A stretch of 64,000 bases of DNA. It comes from Macrostomum lignano. Its lineage: Eukaryota. Location: positions 124,001-188,000 of the forward strand of contig NIVC01000469.1 in the NCBI GenBank assembly GCA_002269645.1, written 5' to 3'. How positions within the stretch are numbered: the first letter of the stretch is position 1; every line of letters begins with the position of its first letter. Below, one piece after another: positions 41,111-54,222 of this stretch. Under the pieces are notes generated by a model that saw only the letters and a program-made list of their open reading frames with translations, searched no databases and was not told the origin of the DNA. The position numbers and the translations under genes were made by a program.

Positions 41111-41980
41111 CTGGGATCACAGGATTAAATTAGCAGATGGGATAACTAGATGGGATTACCGATTGGAATTATTGCATGAGCCGGGACTCGAGCTCATTAT
41201 AATAATTGGCAGTCATAGTCTAGCAGCAAACTGAAAGCATTCTCTTCTGCAAAAATAGATAAAAGCAGATTCCTAGCAAGAACAGCCAGAGAGCCTTTGC
41301 GTCGCTCAATGCGCTTTTGGCCACGAAAACATGCCAGCATTTTTTCGATTCTTCAATTAGTGAGAATCCCTGAGCAGTTGCTCAATCAAAGCAATTTTTT
41401 TAGTAATCGCCGAAGTGGTTCGTGCACTCGAAATCGGCATACGGCGTAGGCGTGTTTTAGTGCCAGAATTTGGCCGCTTAAGCCTTCCAAATTAGGAAAT
41501 TAGTAATCAAGCTCATCAACCATATATAAAAATTATGAGCTCTGGCGAGGTCGGGGGGGGGAGGAGGTCAATGAGCTCAAACGGTCAGCTTGCAGTTCTG
41601 TTTAGGGTCTCAACTTGCACCGCTATAAACGGTGAGATAACGATGGGATGCTTGCGGTGGGGTCGCATCCGTAGCTGCGGAGGGAAAACTTCCTAAAAAG
41701 CCAACAGCATCGCTGGGAGGGAGACGACACGGGATACTGATGAAAAAGCCAGCAGACTGCGCTCTCAGACTGACATGGGAAATGCAAATAGAGGAAAGAG
41801 AAGGGGATTCGCGTTGTACAAGCAACCGGAGCTCCTGCTGGCTGCTGCGGCTCAGCCGCGCAAGGGAAAGGGACTGGCGAGCTCTGCCCTCCCCACAGGG
41901 TCTGTGTGCTCAGAGAGCTGCTGTCTTTGCGGCTCAAAGATTGCAACAATGAAGCTGAAATCCTCATTGTCAGTGCTGCA

Positions 41981-42865
<885 letters not shown>

Positions 42866-43267
42866 ATCTAATTTAGTCTAATCTAATCTACTATCCGTAA
42901 GCCATAGCTATTTCTAGGAAAGTATGTCAGTCTAACGCACTGCCAGCACTCCACAGGCCGATATGTAGCCGATTTTTTGGTATCCATAGCAACCCGCATT
43001 AGCTATTGAACTGCTTCAATGAGACCAGCCTCAGTGGGCAGATAGAAAGTCAGCTTAAGCAGTGGGGTTTCGTCAACTCTGCACTGAAAATCTGCATCAG
43101 CGCGAGTCCTACAATGGAACTCGGCAGCAAAAAACTCTTCAGTGTTCTGCTCTGAGAGGTTTGAACGGATTCGCGTTGCTGGCTCAGCTGCCATTCTTCA
43201 TCTGCAGTGCTCGAGCGAGGGAGGGAGTAGAGAGAAAATGGTGATGCTAGACTGCGGGAGTGGGGAG

Positions 43268-43289
43268 AGAAAGTAGAGAGGGGAGAAGC

Positions 43290-43329
<40 letters not shown>

Positions 43330-43333
43330 ACGG

Positions 43334-43430
<97 letters not shown>

Positions 43431-43431
43431 C

Positions 43432-43472
<41 letters not shown>

Positions 43473-43473
43473 C

Positions 43474-43545
<72 letters not shown>
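43268..43545. repeat. 14-bp purine repeat (GAGAGGGGAGAAGT)n
   Basis: Direct observation. Confidence 0.95.
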
Positions 43546-43877
43546 AAAAGACTCACTGAAGTGTGTCCGGATTCTGAAAAAAATCTTTTAAAACTGCATC
43601 AATAAATAATCGATCTTTAAATGCTTATAAACTACACTGAGTAGCCTAAACGCAGTGACAATACGAGGTTTCAATGGCTGCATGCGTGAGGATGCAATTC
43701 TGGGTAATGCTCAAGTTCCAGTGCGGTACTTTTGCTGATTAAAAAAATCTTTCAAGTCAAAGCAGAAAAGTAGGACTTCCAATCCTGTTAGGGGTCGTTT
43801 CCTAGAAAGAGCCAAAATCCTTTAGCTACTGTTTCTTGGGTCATTTTTGAGCGGAATTCGATGCTCAAGAAATCTAA

Positions 43878-44182
43878 ATTTACCCAAACTAGATCTACAA
43901 GATTCGGGAATTTACCCAAACTAGATCTGCAAGATTCGGGAATTTACTCAAACTAGATCTACAAGATTCGGGAATTTACCCAAACTAGATCTGCAGGATT
44001 CGGGAATTTACCCAAACTAGATCTACAAGATTCGGGAATTTACCCAAACTAGATCTACAAGATTCGGGAATTTACCCAAACTAGATCTACAAGATTCGGG
44101 AATTCACCCAAACTAGATCAGATCTACAAGATTCGGGAATTTACCCAAACTAGATCTACAAGATTCGGGAATTTACCCAAAC
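43878..44182. repeat. 31-bp tandem repeat (ATTTACCCAAACTAGATCTACAAGATTCGGG-type)
   Basis: About 10 copies, directly visible. Confidence 0.94.
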
Positions 44183-44431
44183 TTAAGTCATTTAAGCCAG
44201 TTAAGTCTGCATTAACGAATACGCTTATCTGCACGAACCCATCAGGACAAACTCAGTCAGTCTGAGTCGCCGCTCCCAGGACAAGACAATCAATTAGGTT
44301 GGGACAAACTAGCTGAAAAGGAAATTGAAGCAGACAAGGATGGTCCAGTCTGATAGCTCTTGTCACAAATAAGCTTTGGCAATAGTAAGGCAGGCTAGTC
44401 ATATTGATGACCTACAAAAATGTCGATTCAG

Positions 44432-44566
44432 AACTCCTGGACATTGTCTGCCGACGGGACAGCGACGCCTCCTGCCAGCTGGTGAAGGACAGCGTCTGCG
44501 CGGTGCACGAGGCCCGCTGCGTCTGTCTGCCCTACAATGCCTATGTGCCCCATCGGCACCAGTGCA
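44432..44566 (+). CDS. ZP-domain protein exon 3 (EB-like module)
   Basis: TTCAG| acceptor; LLDIVCRRDSDASCQLVKDSVCAVHEARCVCLPYNAYVPHRHQC; A|GTGAGT donor, phase 1-1. Confidence 0.85.
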
Positions 44567-44582
44567 GTGAGTGCGGCCGCGG

Positions 44583-44764
44583 GCAGGTGGCGTGGGTCAG
44601 CTAGAGGTGGTGTGGGTCAGCTAGAGGTGGTGTGGGTCAGCTAGAGGTGGTGTGGGTCAGCTAGAGGTGGTGTGGGTCAGCTGCTAAAGGTGGTGTGGGT
44701 CAGCTAGAGGTGGTGTGGGTCAGCTAGAAGTGGTGTGGGTCAGCTAGAGGGGATGTGGGTCAGC
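44583..44764. repeat. 20-bp tandem repeat (GGTGGTGTGGGTCAGCTAGA)n
   Basis: Fills most of the 236-bp intron. Confidence 0.93.
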
Positions 44765-44802
44765 TGAAGGCATCTCTAAGGCACCGCTCATCGACACTTC
44801 AG

Positions 44803-44896
44803 AGCCCATCTACACCAAGCAATCGCCTCCGAGGCCGTACTGCAAAGCCTGCGAGGCCGAAGGCGGAATTTGCGTCAAGGAGCACGACCTCAGCGA
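44803..44896 (+). CDS. ZP-domain protein exon 4
   Basis: TTCAG| acceptor; KPIYTKQSPPRPYCKACEAEGGICVKEHDLS; GA|GTGAGT donor, phase 1-2. Confidence 0.8.
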
Positions 44897-44913
44897 GTGA
44901 GTGTAACAGTGCC

Positions 44914-44990
<77 letters not shown>

Positions 44991-45011
44991 GTCTTTCTGT
45001 CTGTCTGTCTT

Positions 45012-45050
<39 letters not shown>

Positions 45051-45120
45051 GCCTGTCTGTCTGTCTGTCTGTCTGCCGCTGTGTCCCCTCCGGGACAGCC
45101 CTGCAGCTAAGTCAAGTCAA

Positions 45121-45180
<60 letters not shown>

Positions 45181-45281
45181 GCCGCTGTGTCCCCTCCGGG
45201 ACAGCCCTGCAGCTAAGTCAAGTCAAGTCTGTCTGTCCGTCTGTCTGTCTGTGTGTCTGTCTGTCTGTCTGTCTGTCTGTG

Positions 45282-45320
<39 letters not shown>

Positions 45321-45400
45321 GTGTCTGTCTGTCTGTCTGTCTGTCTGTGTGTCTGTCTGTCTGTCTGTCTCTCTGTGTGTCTGTCTGTCTGTCTGTCTGT
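44914..45400. repeat. (TCTG)n array with two embedded copies of GCCGCTGTGTCCCCTCCGGGACAGCCCTGCAGCTAAGTCAAGTCAA
   Basis: Direct observation. Confidence 0.95.
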
Positions 45401-45432
45401 GGTCATCAGCCGCCCCGCCCTCCCCTCGCCAG

Positions 45433-45563
45433 GAGCAACGGCGATCTGATCACTGAGGACGGTCAGACGTTTCGCCTGAGCTGCGCCTGTCCCAAAGGCA
45501 GAGGGGTGCCCCGCCTCGGTCCCGAAGGCAAATGGGCGGATATCGTTTGCTCAACCCGATTGC
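45433..45563 (+). CDS. ZP-domain protein exon 5
   Basis: CGCCAG| acceptor; [43 protein letters not shown]; C|GTAAGC donor, phase 2-1. Confidence 0.82.
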
Positions 45564-45641
45564 GTAAGCCTTATATAATTTTTACCTAATTAAGAGTTTA
45601 CTATCATAAACGACAAATCAACTCCCCCCCGGCTGCCGCAG

Positions 45642-45799
45642 GCGACATCGGCGAGCTGTGCGATGACTCAACAATGATCTGCCGCAGCAAGAGCGCTGTC
45701 TGTCGGCGACCCGAGACGTCGAAACCGACACCAGGAGCTGCCAGTGCCCGGACCGTTTCGTGCCAGTGTACCAGCCCTGGCTGAAGTACTACGAGTGCT
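45642..45799 (+). CDS. ZP-domain protein exon 6 (EB-like module; apparent 1-nt frameshift near 45712)
   Basis: CCGCAG| RDIGELCDDSTMICRSKSAVCRRP then, in a shifted frame, DVETDTRSCQCPDRFVPVYQPWLKYYEC T|GTGAGT. Length is 158 nt where 159 is needed. Confidence 0.72.
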
Positions 45800-45879
45800 G
45801 TGAGTCCGGGGCCGGCGGCTCTTCTTAGCTGCATGTGGAGACGCGTAGAGACAAGATTTTTCGATGCTAGACCAGATTT

Positions 45880-46350
45880 CATTTAGATTAGATCTCATAG
45901 AAATTAGATCTCATAGAGATTCTCATAAAAATTAGATTTCATAGATTAGATCTCATAGAGATTAGACTTCATAGAGGTTAGATCTCGTAGAGACTAGATC
46001 TCATAGAGGTTAGATCTCATAGAGATTAGATCTCATAGAGACTAGATCTCATAGAGACTAGATCCCATAGAGACTAGATCTCATAGAGGTTAGATCTTAT
46101 AGAGACTAGATCTCATAGAGATTAGATCTCATAGAGATTAGATCTCATAGAGACTAGATCTCATAGAGGTTAGATCTCATAGAGATTAGTTCTCATAGAG
46201 ATTCGTTCTCATAGAGATGAGATCTCATAGAGGTTAGATCTTATAGAGATTAGATCTCATAGAGATTAGTTCTCATAGAGATTAGATCTCATAGAGATTA
46301 GATCTCATAGAGATTAGTTCTCATAGAGATTAGATCTCATAGAGATTAGA
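45880..46350. repeat. 16-bp repeat (AGATTAGATCTCATAG)n
   Basis: Direct observation. Confidence 0.94.
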
Positions 46351-47234
46351 TTGCATCGATACTATCGAGACTACACTGACATTAGATCAGAAATCCACGG
46401 CTTGCAAATAGCTAGTAGTGCTACTAGAGACCAGGCAGAATTTTTTGACGATCTAACCTCTAATCTCTCACTCTGCTCTATACTGCCAGCCTCATTAACT
46501 AATCAATGTATCGACAATTAGGGAATTTAGATTCAGCACTAAGCTGAGGCAGCGGCAGTCATAAAAAACTCGAACCCAGCTCACTCACTCTTCCCCGCTC
46601 CCTAAATGCGGTGTCAGTAAGCGATCTCACCTTCAGTTTTCCATTTTTTATTCTGTCTAAAATGTGTTGAGCGATTGAGTGATCAGGGTCTCGTGTATGG
46701 GGGGGCATGAGGCTTTTGTTCTGGGGCTCCTTGGGGTCTGAAGTGGCCTGCCCCGGGGTTTCCCCCTGCCCGTGAGGAGATATTGCATTCATCGATTTAT
46801 AAACAGCTCTCCGGGGCAAGTTGCCAGGACCCCCCAGCCCTCTCTATTCTTCAATTTCTCCTGGACTGAACTTTCTTTTCGTCTTCTTGTGCAGTAAGAT
46901 TTTTTTCAGCCACTTTGAAGACAAATCAGAAAAGGTCTCCGAGTGCTGCAGGCTGTGCGGTGGGCCTCCTGTCCGGATTTAAGCGGCCCGGCTTGCCTAA
47001 CAGAGAATGAATGAGTTTCTTAAGGGATTATTGTGTGAGGAAGTCGAAAGTTGAATGAGACAGGTTTTGTGTTGGTACAAGCTATCTGGGCCAGTTTGAC
47101 CTCAGCTCGCAATGACCTCCTGTCTATTCTCACTCCACTCTCACTCGGTTCCATTCTCTAATCTCACTGCTCTTCTATCACTCCTCATCATTCCAGAATC
47201 TCTCATCTGTTGACTTCTGTTCGATTGCACCATC

Positions 47235-47470
47235 TGTAATATTCTTCCCTTTCTAATATCCTCTCTATCATCCATTCTTCCCCGTCCAATCTCTTCTCTA
47301 TCATCTATTCTTCCCCGTCTAATCTCCTCTCTATCATCTATTCTTTCATGACTAATCTCTTCTCTATCATCTATTCTTTCATGACTAATCTCTTCTCTAT
47401 CATCTATTCTTCTCTGCCTAATCCTCCTATCAGTTAGTATTTCCTGTCTAATCTCCCCTTCCATCATTGA
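47235..47470. repeat. Degenerate 33-bp pyrimidine-rich repeat
   Basis: TTCTTTCATGACTAATCTCTTCTCTATCATCTA and decayed neighbours. Confidence 0.75.
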
Positions 47471-47561
47471 TTTTTCCTTTTCTACTCTCATCTTTCTCTC
47501 ATCAATTTTCTTTTGCTTATTGTCTTCGATATTTTTCCATTTTCCCGCCCGCATCTCGCAG

Positions 47562-47750
47562 TCGAGCGGCTGTACAAGTCTGAGGAGTGCGGCAGCTGCG
47601 GCGCGGAGTCGTTGGGAATTTGCTACTCAGCCAGCAACGGCAGCCAGCCGGGCTGCCTCTGCCCCAGGCGGCTGTCCACCCCTCCAGCCGCCTCGTCAGA
47701 CGCGGTGGACGGTCCAACAGTGCAGGGCTCGCAGTGCAGCAAACGGCACG
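47562..47750 (+). CDS. ZP-domain protein exon 7 (EGF-like module)
   Basis: TCGCAG| acceptor; ERLYKSEECGSCGAESLGICYSASNGSQPGCLCPRR...QCSKRH; G|GTAGGT donor, phase 1-1. Confidence 0.85.
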
Positions 47751-47771
47751 GTAGGTTTCTTACTACAAAGT

Positions 47772-48650
47772 TATGGGGAATACCCAAACAGAATGGGGAA
47801 TCCCCGAACAGAATGGAGAATCCCCGAACAGAATGAAGAATCCATGAACAGAATGGGGAATACCCAAACAGAATGGAGAATCCCCGAACAGAATGAAGAA
47901 TCCATGAACAGAATGGGGAATCCCCAAACAGAATGGAGAATCCCCGAACAGAATGAAGAATCCATGAACAGAATGGGGAATCCTCAAACAGAATGAAGAA
48001 TCCCCGAACAGAATGGGGAATCCCCAAACAGAATGGAGAATCCCCGAACAGAATGGGGAATCCCCAAACAGAATGAAGAATCCATGAACAGAATGGGGAA
48101 TCCCCAAACAGAATGAAGAATCCATGAAAAGAATGGGGAATCCCCAAACAGAATGGAGAATCCCCGAACAGAATGAAGAATCCATGAACAGAATGGGGAA
48201 TCCCCAAACAGAATGAAGAATCCATGAACAGAATGGGGAATCCCCGAACAGAATGGAGAATCCCCGAACAGAATGAAGAATCCATGAACAGAATGGGGAA
48301 TCCCCAAAAAGAATGGAGAATCCCCAAACAGAATGGTAAAACCCCTTGAACAGAATGGGGAATCCCCAAAAAGAATGGGGAATTCCCGAACAGAATTGGG
48401 AATCCCCGAACAGAATGGGGGATTCCGGAATAGAATGACGAAACCTCTTGAATGGAGAATCCCCGAACAGAATGGAGAAGCCCGAAAAGAATGGGAGATC
48501 CCGAGAACATGGGGATCCCTGTAAATATTGAAGAATACCTAAACAGGCGGGTAATTCCCAAGTAGATTGGAAATCTCGGAAAAGATATGGATTTCCAAAC
48601 ACATTAGTAGCCTCATGAACAGCAGATTCAAAACGAATGGAGAATCCCAA
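47772..48650. repeat. 20-bp minisatellite (GAACAGAATGGGGAATCCCC-type) with 60-bp higher-order period, decaying 3'
   Basis: Direct observation. Confidence 0.94.
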
Positions 48651-49481
48651 TCGGAGAAGTCTTCTGTGAATTCATTTTAAAGTGATAATTGCTATGGTAA
48701 ATAAAAATTCAAAGAGTTCAAAGACAAAACCAGCAACTCTGAAATTTCCATGCCTGCGTGAAGCCGGAAAGCCTTCCCTAATCAAGCGCATTTTATCGAA
48801 GCTGGACGCTTCTCGGCCTCAGTGCGTAGTTGCTAAGGCAAAGTGCGCCAGCTCAGCATCAGGTGACGGTGCTCTAATTATCATTTTTTTCTTGACTTCT
48901 GCCTGGATTTAACAAGGCAAAGCGAGCAGAACAAAGGCGTCGAGACGAGGCCTGCAGAAATGACAGGCTCACAGAATGAAAGGGGTGACAGAAAGCTGCT
49001 CAAGAAACTCCCAGATCCCCGAAGCGTTTTGTCTTCAATGCTGCTACACCTGACGAAAGTGCAGCCAAGTCCTGAGCACTGCCTTGTCCTGACTGCAGCT
49101 GGGCATTCCGTCCACTCGGCAGTTCCTGCGAAAGCATTTGGAGAGACAAGAAAGTGCAAAAGTTGAAGAAGTGGCTGGCGGATGCGCAGCTCATGGCTTC
49201 CTTTATTTCCCAGATGAAAGCAGACAGATGCAGGAACCGATCGATATAAGCAAGCAGTAGAGTAGCTGGCGAAGTTTCCTCGCTAGGAAAATCTTGGGTA
49301 GAATCTTTTTGATTCTTTAAGGCAAGCTATAGCATTTAGTAGGCAGTTGCAGGCGTCTTGTAGGCCACTGCCGCAAATCACAGGCAGTTATGCCGCCCAT
49401 TCCCCTGGCCCCTGAGCACCGACTACTCAATCGTCATGCATATACAGTGTACCAACTGCAATCCTAATCGCACCTTTGCAG

Positions 49482-49726
49482 TGTCTGTGAGCTGCCAGCC
49501 GAATCGAATGACGGTGACCTTTGACCCCGACTACGCCAACCCGCCGTACAGCAAGCTGGCCGAGCGACTCAGCGCCAATCTGTCCGCTGCCTTCGTTGAC
49601 GGCAGTCGAGGAGCCGCCGAGGGCAGGGCCTGCGCTCTGAAGCGAAACTCGGCCGGTCTTTACACGGCCAGTCTGGATGCTCACTCGGACAGCATCTGCG
49701 GCCGGGGCACCATCGAAACGATTCGG
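49482..49726 (+). CDS. ZP-domain protein exon 8 (ZP-N start)
   Basis: TTTGCAG| VSVSCQPNRMTVTFDPDY...ACALKRNSAGLYTASLDAHSDSICG...IR |GTTAGT, phase 1-0. The VSC..MTV pattern is typical of a ZP-N start. Confidence 0.85.
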
Positions 49727-49779
49727 GTTAGTGCTGGCCGATTTGCTTTGGTGCGCGTTGCCAATGAGTGCGCTGTGCC

Positions 49780-50456
49780 TCATGGGTCTTTGTGCAGAAG
49801 CTGGAGAGTGCTCTGTGTCGCTTGGATCTTTGTGCAGAAGCTGGAGAGTGCTCTGTGTCGCTTGGGTCTTTGTGCAGAAGCTGGAGAGTGCTCTGGGTCG
49901 CTTGGATCTTTGTGCAAAAGCTGGAGAGTGCTCTGGGTCGCTTGGATCTTTGTGCAGAAGCTGGAGAGTGCTCTGTGTCGCTTGGGTCTTTGTGCAGAAG
50001 CTGGAGAGTGCTCTGGGTCGCTTGGATCTTTGTGCAGAAGCTGGAGAGTGCTCTGTGTCGCTTGGATCTTTGTGCAGAAGCTGGAGAGTGCTCTGTGTCG
50101 CTTGGGTCTTTGTGCAGAAGCTGGAGAGTGCTCTGTGTCGCTTGGGTCTTTGTGCAGAAGCTGGAGAGTGCTCTGTGTCGCTTGGGTCTTTGTGCAGAAG
50201 CTAGAGAGTGCTCTGTGTAGCATTGGTCTTTGTGCAGAAGCTGCTCCTTGTCGCATGGGTCTTTGTACAGAATCTGGAGAGTCTCTGTGTTGCATGGGTC
50301 TTTGTGCAGAAGCTGGGGAGTGCTCTGTGTAGCATGGGTCTTTGTGCAGAAGCTGGGGAGTGCTCTGTGTAGCATGGGTCTTTGTGCAGAAGCTAGAGAG
50401 TGCTCTGTGTCGCATGGGTCTTTGTGCAGAAGCTGCTCCTTGTCGCATGGGTCTTG
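49780..50456. repeat. 40-bp tandem repeat (GGGTCTTTGTGCAGAAGCTGGAGAGTGCTCTGTGTCGCTT)
   Basis: Fills the intron between exons 8 and 9. Confidence 0.95.
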
Positions 50457-50492
50457 AGGCATGAAGAAAATTGTTTTTGCAACCGATTGCAG

Positions 50493-50650
50493 GGCCAAGA
50501 GAACACCCAGGTTCTCAAGGCCAACCTGGTGGTGCTGTGGAACCGAAACTTCTACTCGTACCCGGACATCACAGTTGCCCTGATGTGCTGGGTTTCGGTG
50601 CCCCTTATCGACAGTGAAACTTTGTCAACGGACAGTGTTTTAGAATCCAA
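50493..50650 (+). CDS. ZP-domain protein exon 9 (ZP-N end)
   Basis: TTGCAG| GQENTQVLKANLVVLWNRNFYSYPDITVALMCWVSVPLIDSETLSTDSVLES AA|GTGAGT, phase 0-2. Confidence 0.82.
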
Positions 50651-50678
50651 GTGAGTGCCTTTTTAGTAACAGCTTATA

Positions 50679-50990
50679 AAAATAATAATAATAATTAATA
50701 GTATAATTGATTACACTAGCCCTAAAGGGATGATGTGCAACCGACAGCTCAGCCCCAGCTATTGCGCGGCGCATCTGAAGGCTGCGTACGGCTGTTCAGT
50801 CCAAGGACTGGGGGGTTACCACACACCCTCAATAACCCCAGCTAATGCTGGCACCTATTTTACAGCTGACTGAACTGAAGCAATGCAGAGTTAAGTGTCT
50901 TACTCAAGGACACAAATTGTTCCGAGAGGATTGAGAATCGAACCCCCGACCTTTCAGTCGTGGGTCCGACGCTCTGACCACTAGGCTACA
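50679..50990 (-). mobile_element. tRNA-derived SINE
   Basis: Minus strand starts TGTAGCCTAGTGGTCAGAGCGTCGG...GGGGGTTCGATTC (A box and B box), followed by a body and a (TTA)n-like tail at ~50680-50700. Confidence 0.75.
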
Positions 50991-51078
50991 ACCCCCTCCT
51001 CCTAGACCAGCACCTTACAGTTGGTTTCTGAAAATCACCGCTCCAATTTTCACGCTAGCGTCGCCCCGAATTTTCCAG

Positions 51079-51233
51079 GAAACCGGACGTCGCCGGCTCG
51101 AATTCTCTACCGCCAACCGGGGTGTCCGGCGTGCGGGTGTCGCTTCACGCTCTGAACAAGGATGGAATGTCGCTGCGCGAGACCAAGGAGGGGGAGCGCA
51201 TCCGGCTCGACATCCTGCTCGATGATTCATCAG
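51079..51233 (+). CDS. ZP-domain protein exon 10 (linker, ZP-C start)
   Basis: TTTTCCAG| KPDVAGSNSLPPTGVSGVRVSLHALNKDGMSLRETKEGERIRLDILLDDSS G|GTGAGA, phase 2-1. Confidence 0.82.
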
Positions 51234-51536
51234 GTGAGAGACTCAGGTCCACTCAGTTTTCGTTGATTCATTCCGCTGGAGCACTGTAAAACTGTCCAAG
51301 CGTGAAAATGGCCCCCAGCTGTGGACACCTGTGTCCTTCCGCATCGTCCGCCTTTCCATCCAAGTTTTCATGCTTAATTAACTTACCTCTGTCCGAACAA
51401 AGGTTCCCATGAAACTCCTTCTGATAGACTCTGAAGCTTGGCTTTCTCAAACTTCAAATCCTCAAAGGTAACATTTTTCCTGATTTAGCTTGCTCTGCAC
51501 CCTAATCATCAACTCAAACCCTGACATTTGCCCCAG

Positions 51537-51705
51537 GCGGCTACAGGCACATGCTGGTGCAGCAGTGCTCCGTGTCAAGCGAGCTGCTGGCCGCTTCCAA
51601 CGCGATGCAATCGGACCAGCAGGGTGTCGGCGCCGCAGGCAGCGCCAGAGGAGGCAGTCGCAGCAACGGCGACTTAAAAGTCGAGAAGCTGATCGACTGT
51701 GGCGG
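51537..51705 (+). CDS. ZP-domain protein exon 11 (ZP-C)
   Basis: CCCCAG| GYRHMLVQQCSVSSELL...KVEKLIDCG GG|GTGAGC, phase 1-2. Confidence 0.8.
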
Positions 51706-52389
51706 GTGAGCTGTCCGGCTGTTTTTGAGGAGAGGGGTTGGCCCACGAAGTCCAGACTGCAGAGAGTGTACATGTCTGGCGGTGACACCTTTAGCGACTT
51801 TAAGCAGTCTGAACCGAAACTCCACTGGCAGAGCAGCAGGCACTGCTGTAGGCCAAGAATAGAAACGAGAGATAGGCCATTAGGGAAATGATAGCGGAGG
51901 ACAACAGGGCCCTGCCTCAGCCATCATCTAGTTAATAGTTTTCAGATGGGGACAGCGGCAGCGGCTTGAAATCCGATAGCAGCTTGCATTAAAGCTCAGC
52001 TTATTAAGACCAGCCGGCTGGGTGATGGAGACGGGCCGAAAGACAGCGGCTCGACTTTCAGAGCTCCACCGAGGATACCGGAGAGCTGGCGAGAGGTCTT
52101 GCTGATACAGACCCACCCCCTCCCCCCCCCTCTGCTGAGCTCAGCAGCTCCCGTGGGAGGAGTTGAGCTGCGGACCTTGGGACGGGAGCGGCAACAGGCC
52201 GGGAGTTTGCGCTAATTAATTATTAATCCCATTTCTCTCCTGGCGACTCAGGCCCGTCTCTTTTGAGGAAAGTTTTCCCCCTGCTAGAAATTGGCCTCCT
52301 TCGCCTGTTTTTTATATCAAAAATGGCTTGTCTGGCCGAAGTAGCAATGCTTAGTTCTGCTTGTCCTCCTGCTGAGGCTGCACTTTCAA

Positions 52390-52893
52390 TACTGAGAATG
52401 TCTGACAGCTGGCTGCTGACACAGGGCTGTCAGCTACTGAGAATGTCTGACAGCAGGCTGCTGACACAGGGCTGTCAGCTACTGGGAACATCTAACAGCT
52501 GGCTGCTGACACAGGGCTGTCAGCTACTGAGAACATCTGACAGCAGGCTGGTGACACAGGGCTGTCAGCTACTGAGAACATCTGACAGCAGGCTGGTGAC
52601 ACAGGGCTGTCAGCTACTGAGAATATCTGAAAGCAGGCTGGTGACACAGGGCTGTCAGCTACTGAGAATATCTGACAGCAGGCTGGTGACACAGGGCTGT
52701 CAGCTACTGAGAATATCTGACAGCAGGCTGGTGACACAGGGCTGTCAGCTACTGAGAATGTCTGACAGCAGGCTGGTGACACAGGGCTGTCAGCTACTGA
52801 GAACATCTGACAGCTGGCTGCTGACACGGGGCTGGGAGCTACTGAGAACATCTGACAGCTGGCTGCTGACACAGGGCTGTCAGCTACTGAGAA
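52390..52893. repeat. 45-bp tandem repeat
   Basis: ACTGAGAACATCTGACAGCAGGCTGGTGACACAGGGCTGTCAGCT, ~11 copies. Confidence 0.95.
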
Positions 52894-53573
52894 TGCAAAG
52901 TTTACAGAAACTGCAGTCGATTCACAGCATGTTTCAAACTAGAGCTCTAGGCTAGAAATAATTGAACCTTTAATAATTGCACGGGGCAAAAAACAGACAG
53001 ACAGACAGCCTTCCTCGCATGTGCCTGGATCCGGGGGAGGGGTTGGTGAACCCTGGGTGCAGCGGGGACCCCCTTAGAGACAATGGCTGCAGAGGAGAAT
53101 CTAGGCAAAGGGGAACGGAAAGATAAAAGACTGACTGCGGCGGACTGCATAGGAAGCAATCCGATACTGAAGGCAAGCCGAACAAGCACAAAATACTGTC
53201 TTCAGCTCGTGCTGTTCCCCATTTTACCCCCCCCCCCTCTGAGCTCAGTGCTCAGCTTTGACAAAAGGCAAGATTGATGGGGCGCACGAGTCAGAAGTTT
53301 GTTAGGTGAAATGAGGCTGTATTATAGCCATGCGTTCTCGCCTCTGTTGACTGGAGACACCTTCTGTTTACTCGTAAGGGCCTCGCGTGCCCTGACCAGT
53401 CTGCGTGACTGTGGCAGTTTCTGGCCCGATTAGACAGCTGTGAGGGCAGGGGTTGGATGCAAAGCTGGATAATTTATTCCTAGTCTTTTTTGTTTGTTTT
53501 CAACTCTTGAACTTTCGGAGCACCTGATTAAATATTTGGTCATTGGCGAATGGTTTTCATAAATGTCTACGCG

Positions 53574-53611
53574 TAACTAAATAACTAACTATCTAACTAA
53601 CTAACTAACTG

Positions 53612-53690
<79 letters not shown>

Positions 53691-53691
53691 C

Positions 53692-53746
<55 letters not shown>

Positions 53747-53747
53747 G

Positions 53748-53823
<76 letters not shown>

Positions 53824-53832
53824 GCTAGCTAG

Positions 53833-53914
<82 letters not shown>

Positions 53915-53915
53915 G

Positions 53916-53946
<31 letters not shown>

Positions 53947-54029
53947 GACTAACCAACCAACTAACTAACTAACTAACTAACTAATTAACTAACTGACTAA
54001 CTAACTAACTACCTGACTAACTAACTAAC
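53574..54029. repeat. (CTAA)n microsatellite abutting the exon-12 acceptor
   Basis: Direct observation. Confidence 0.98.
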
Positions 54030-54044
54030 CTGGCACACCCGCAG

Positions 54045-54222
54045 GGTGGCGCACCCGGACTCGGCCCTGTCCGGAATCCGGTTCCGTTCGACTCGCAGCG
54101 GCGACACCGGGCACCAGCAGACCAACGACTTCTCCGCCTTCCGGCTGGCCAACCTGCCGTCGCTGTACTTCACCTGCTCCGTGCGCCTGTGCAAAGACGC
54201 GGACGCCAAGTTCTGCTCAGCG
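54045..54222 (+). CDS. ZP-domain protein exon 12 (ZP-C core)
   Basis: CCGCAG| ...TNDFSAFRLANLPSLYFTCSVRLCKDADAKFCSA |GTACGG. FxAFR..YFxCxVxLC is the ZP-C hallmark; phase 2-0. Confidence 0.88.

Noticed and set aside
53574-54029. Interstitial telomere
   Set aside because: The unit is CTAA/TTAG, not TTAGGG or TTAGG.
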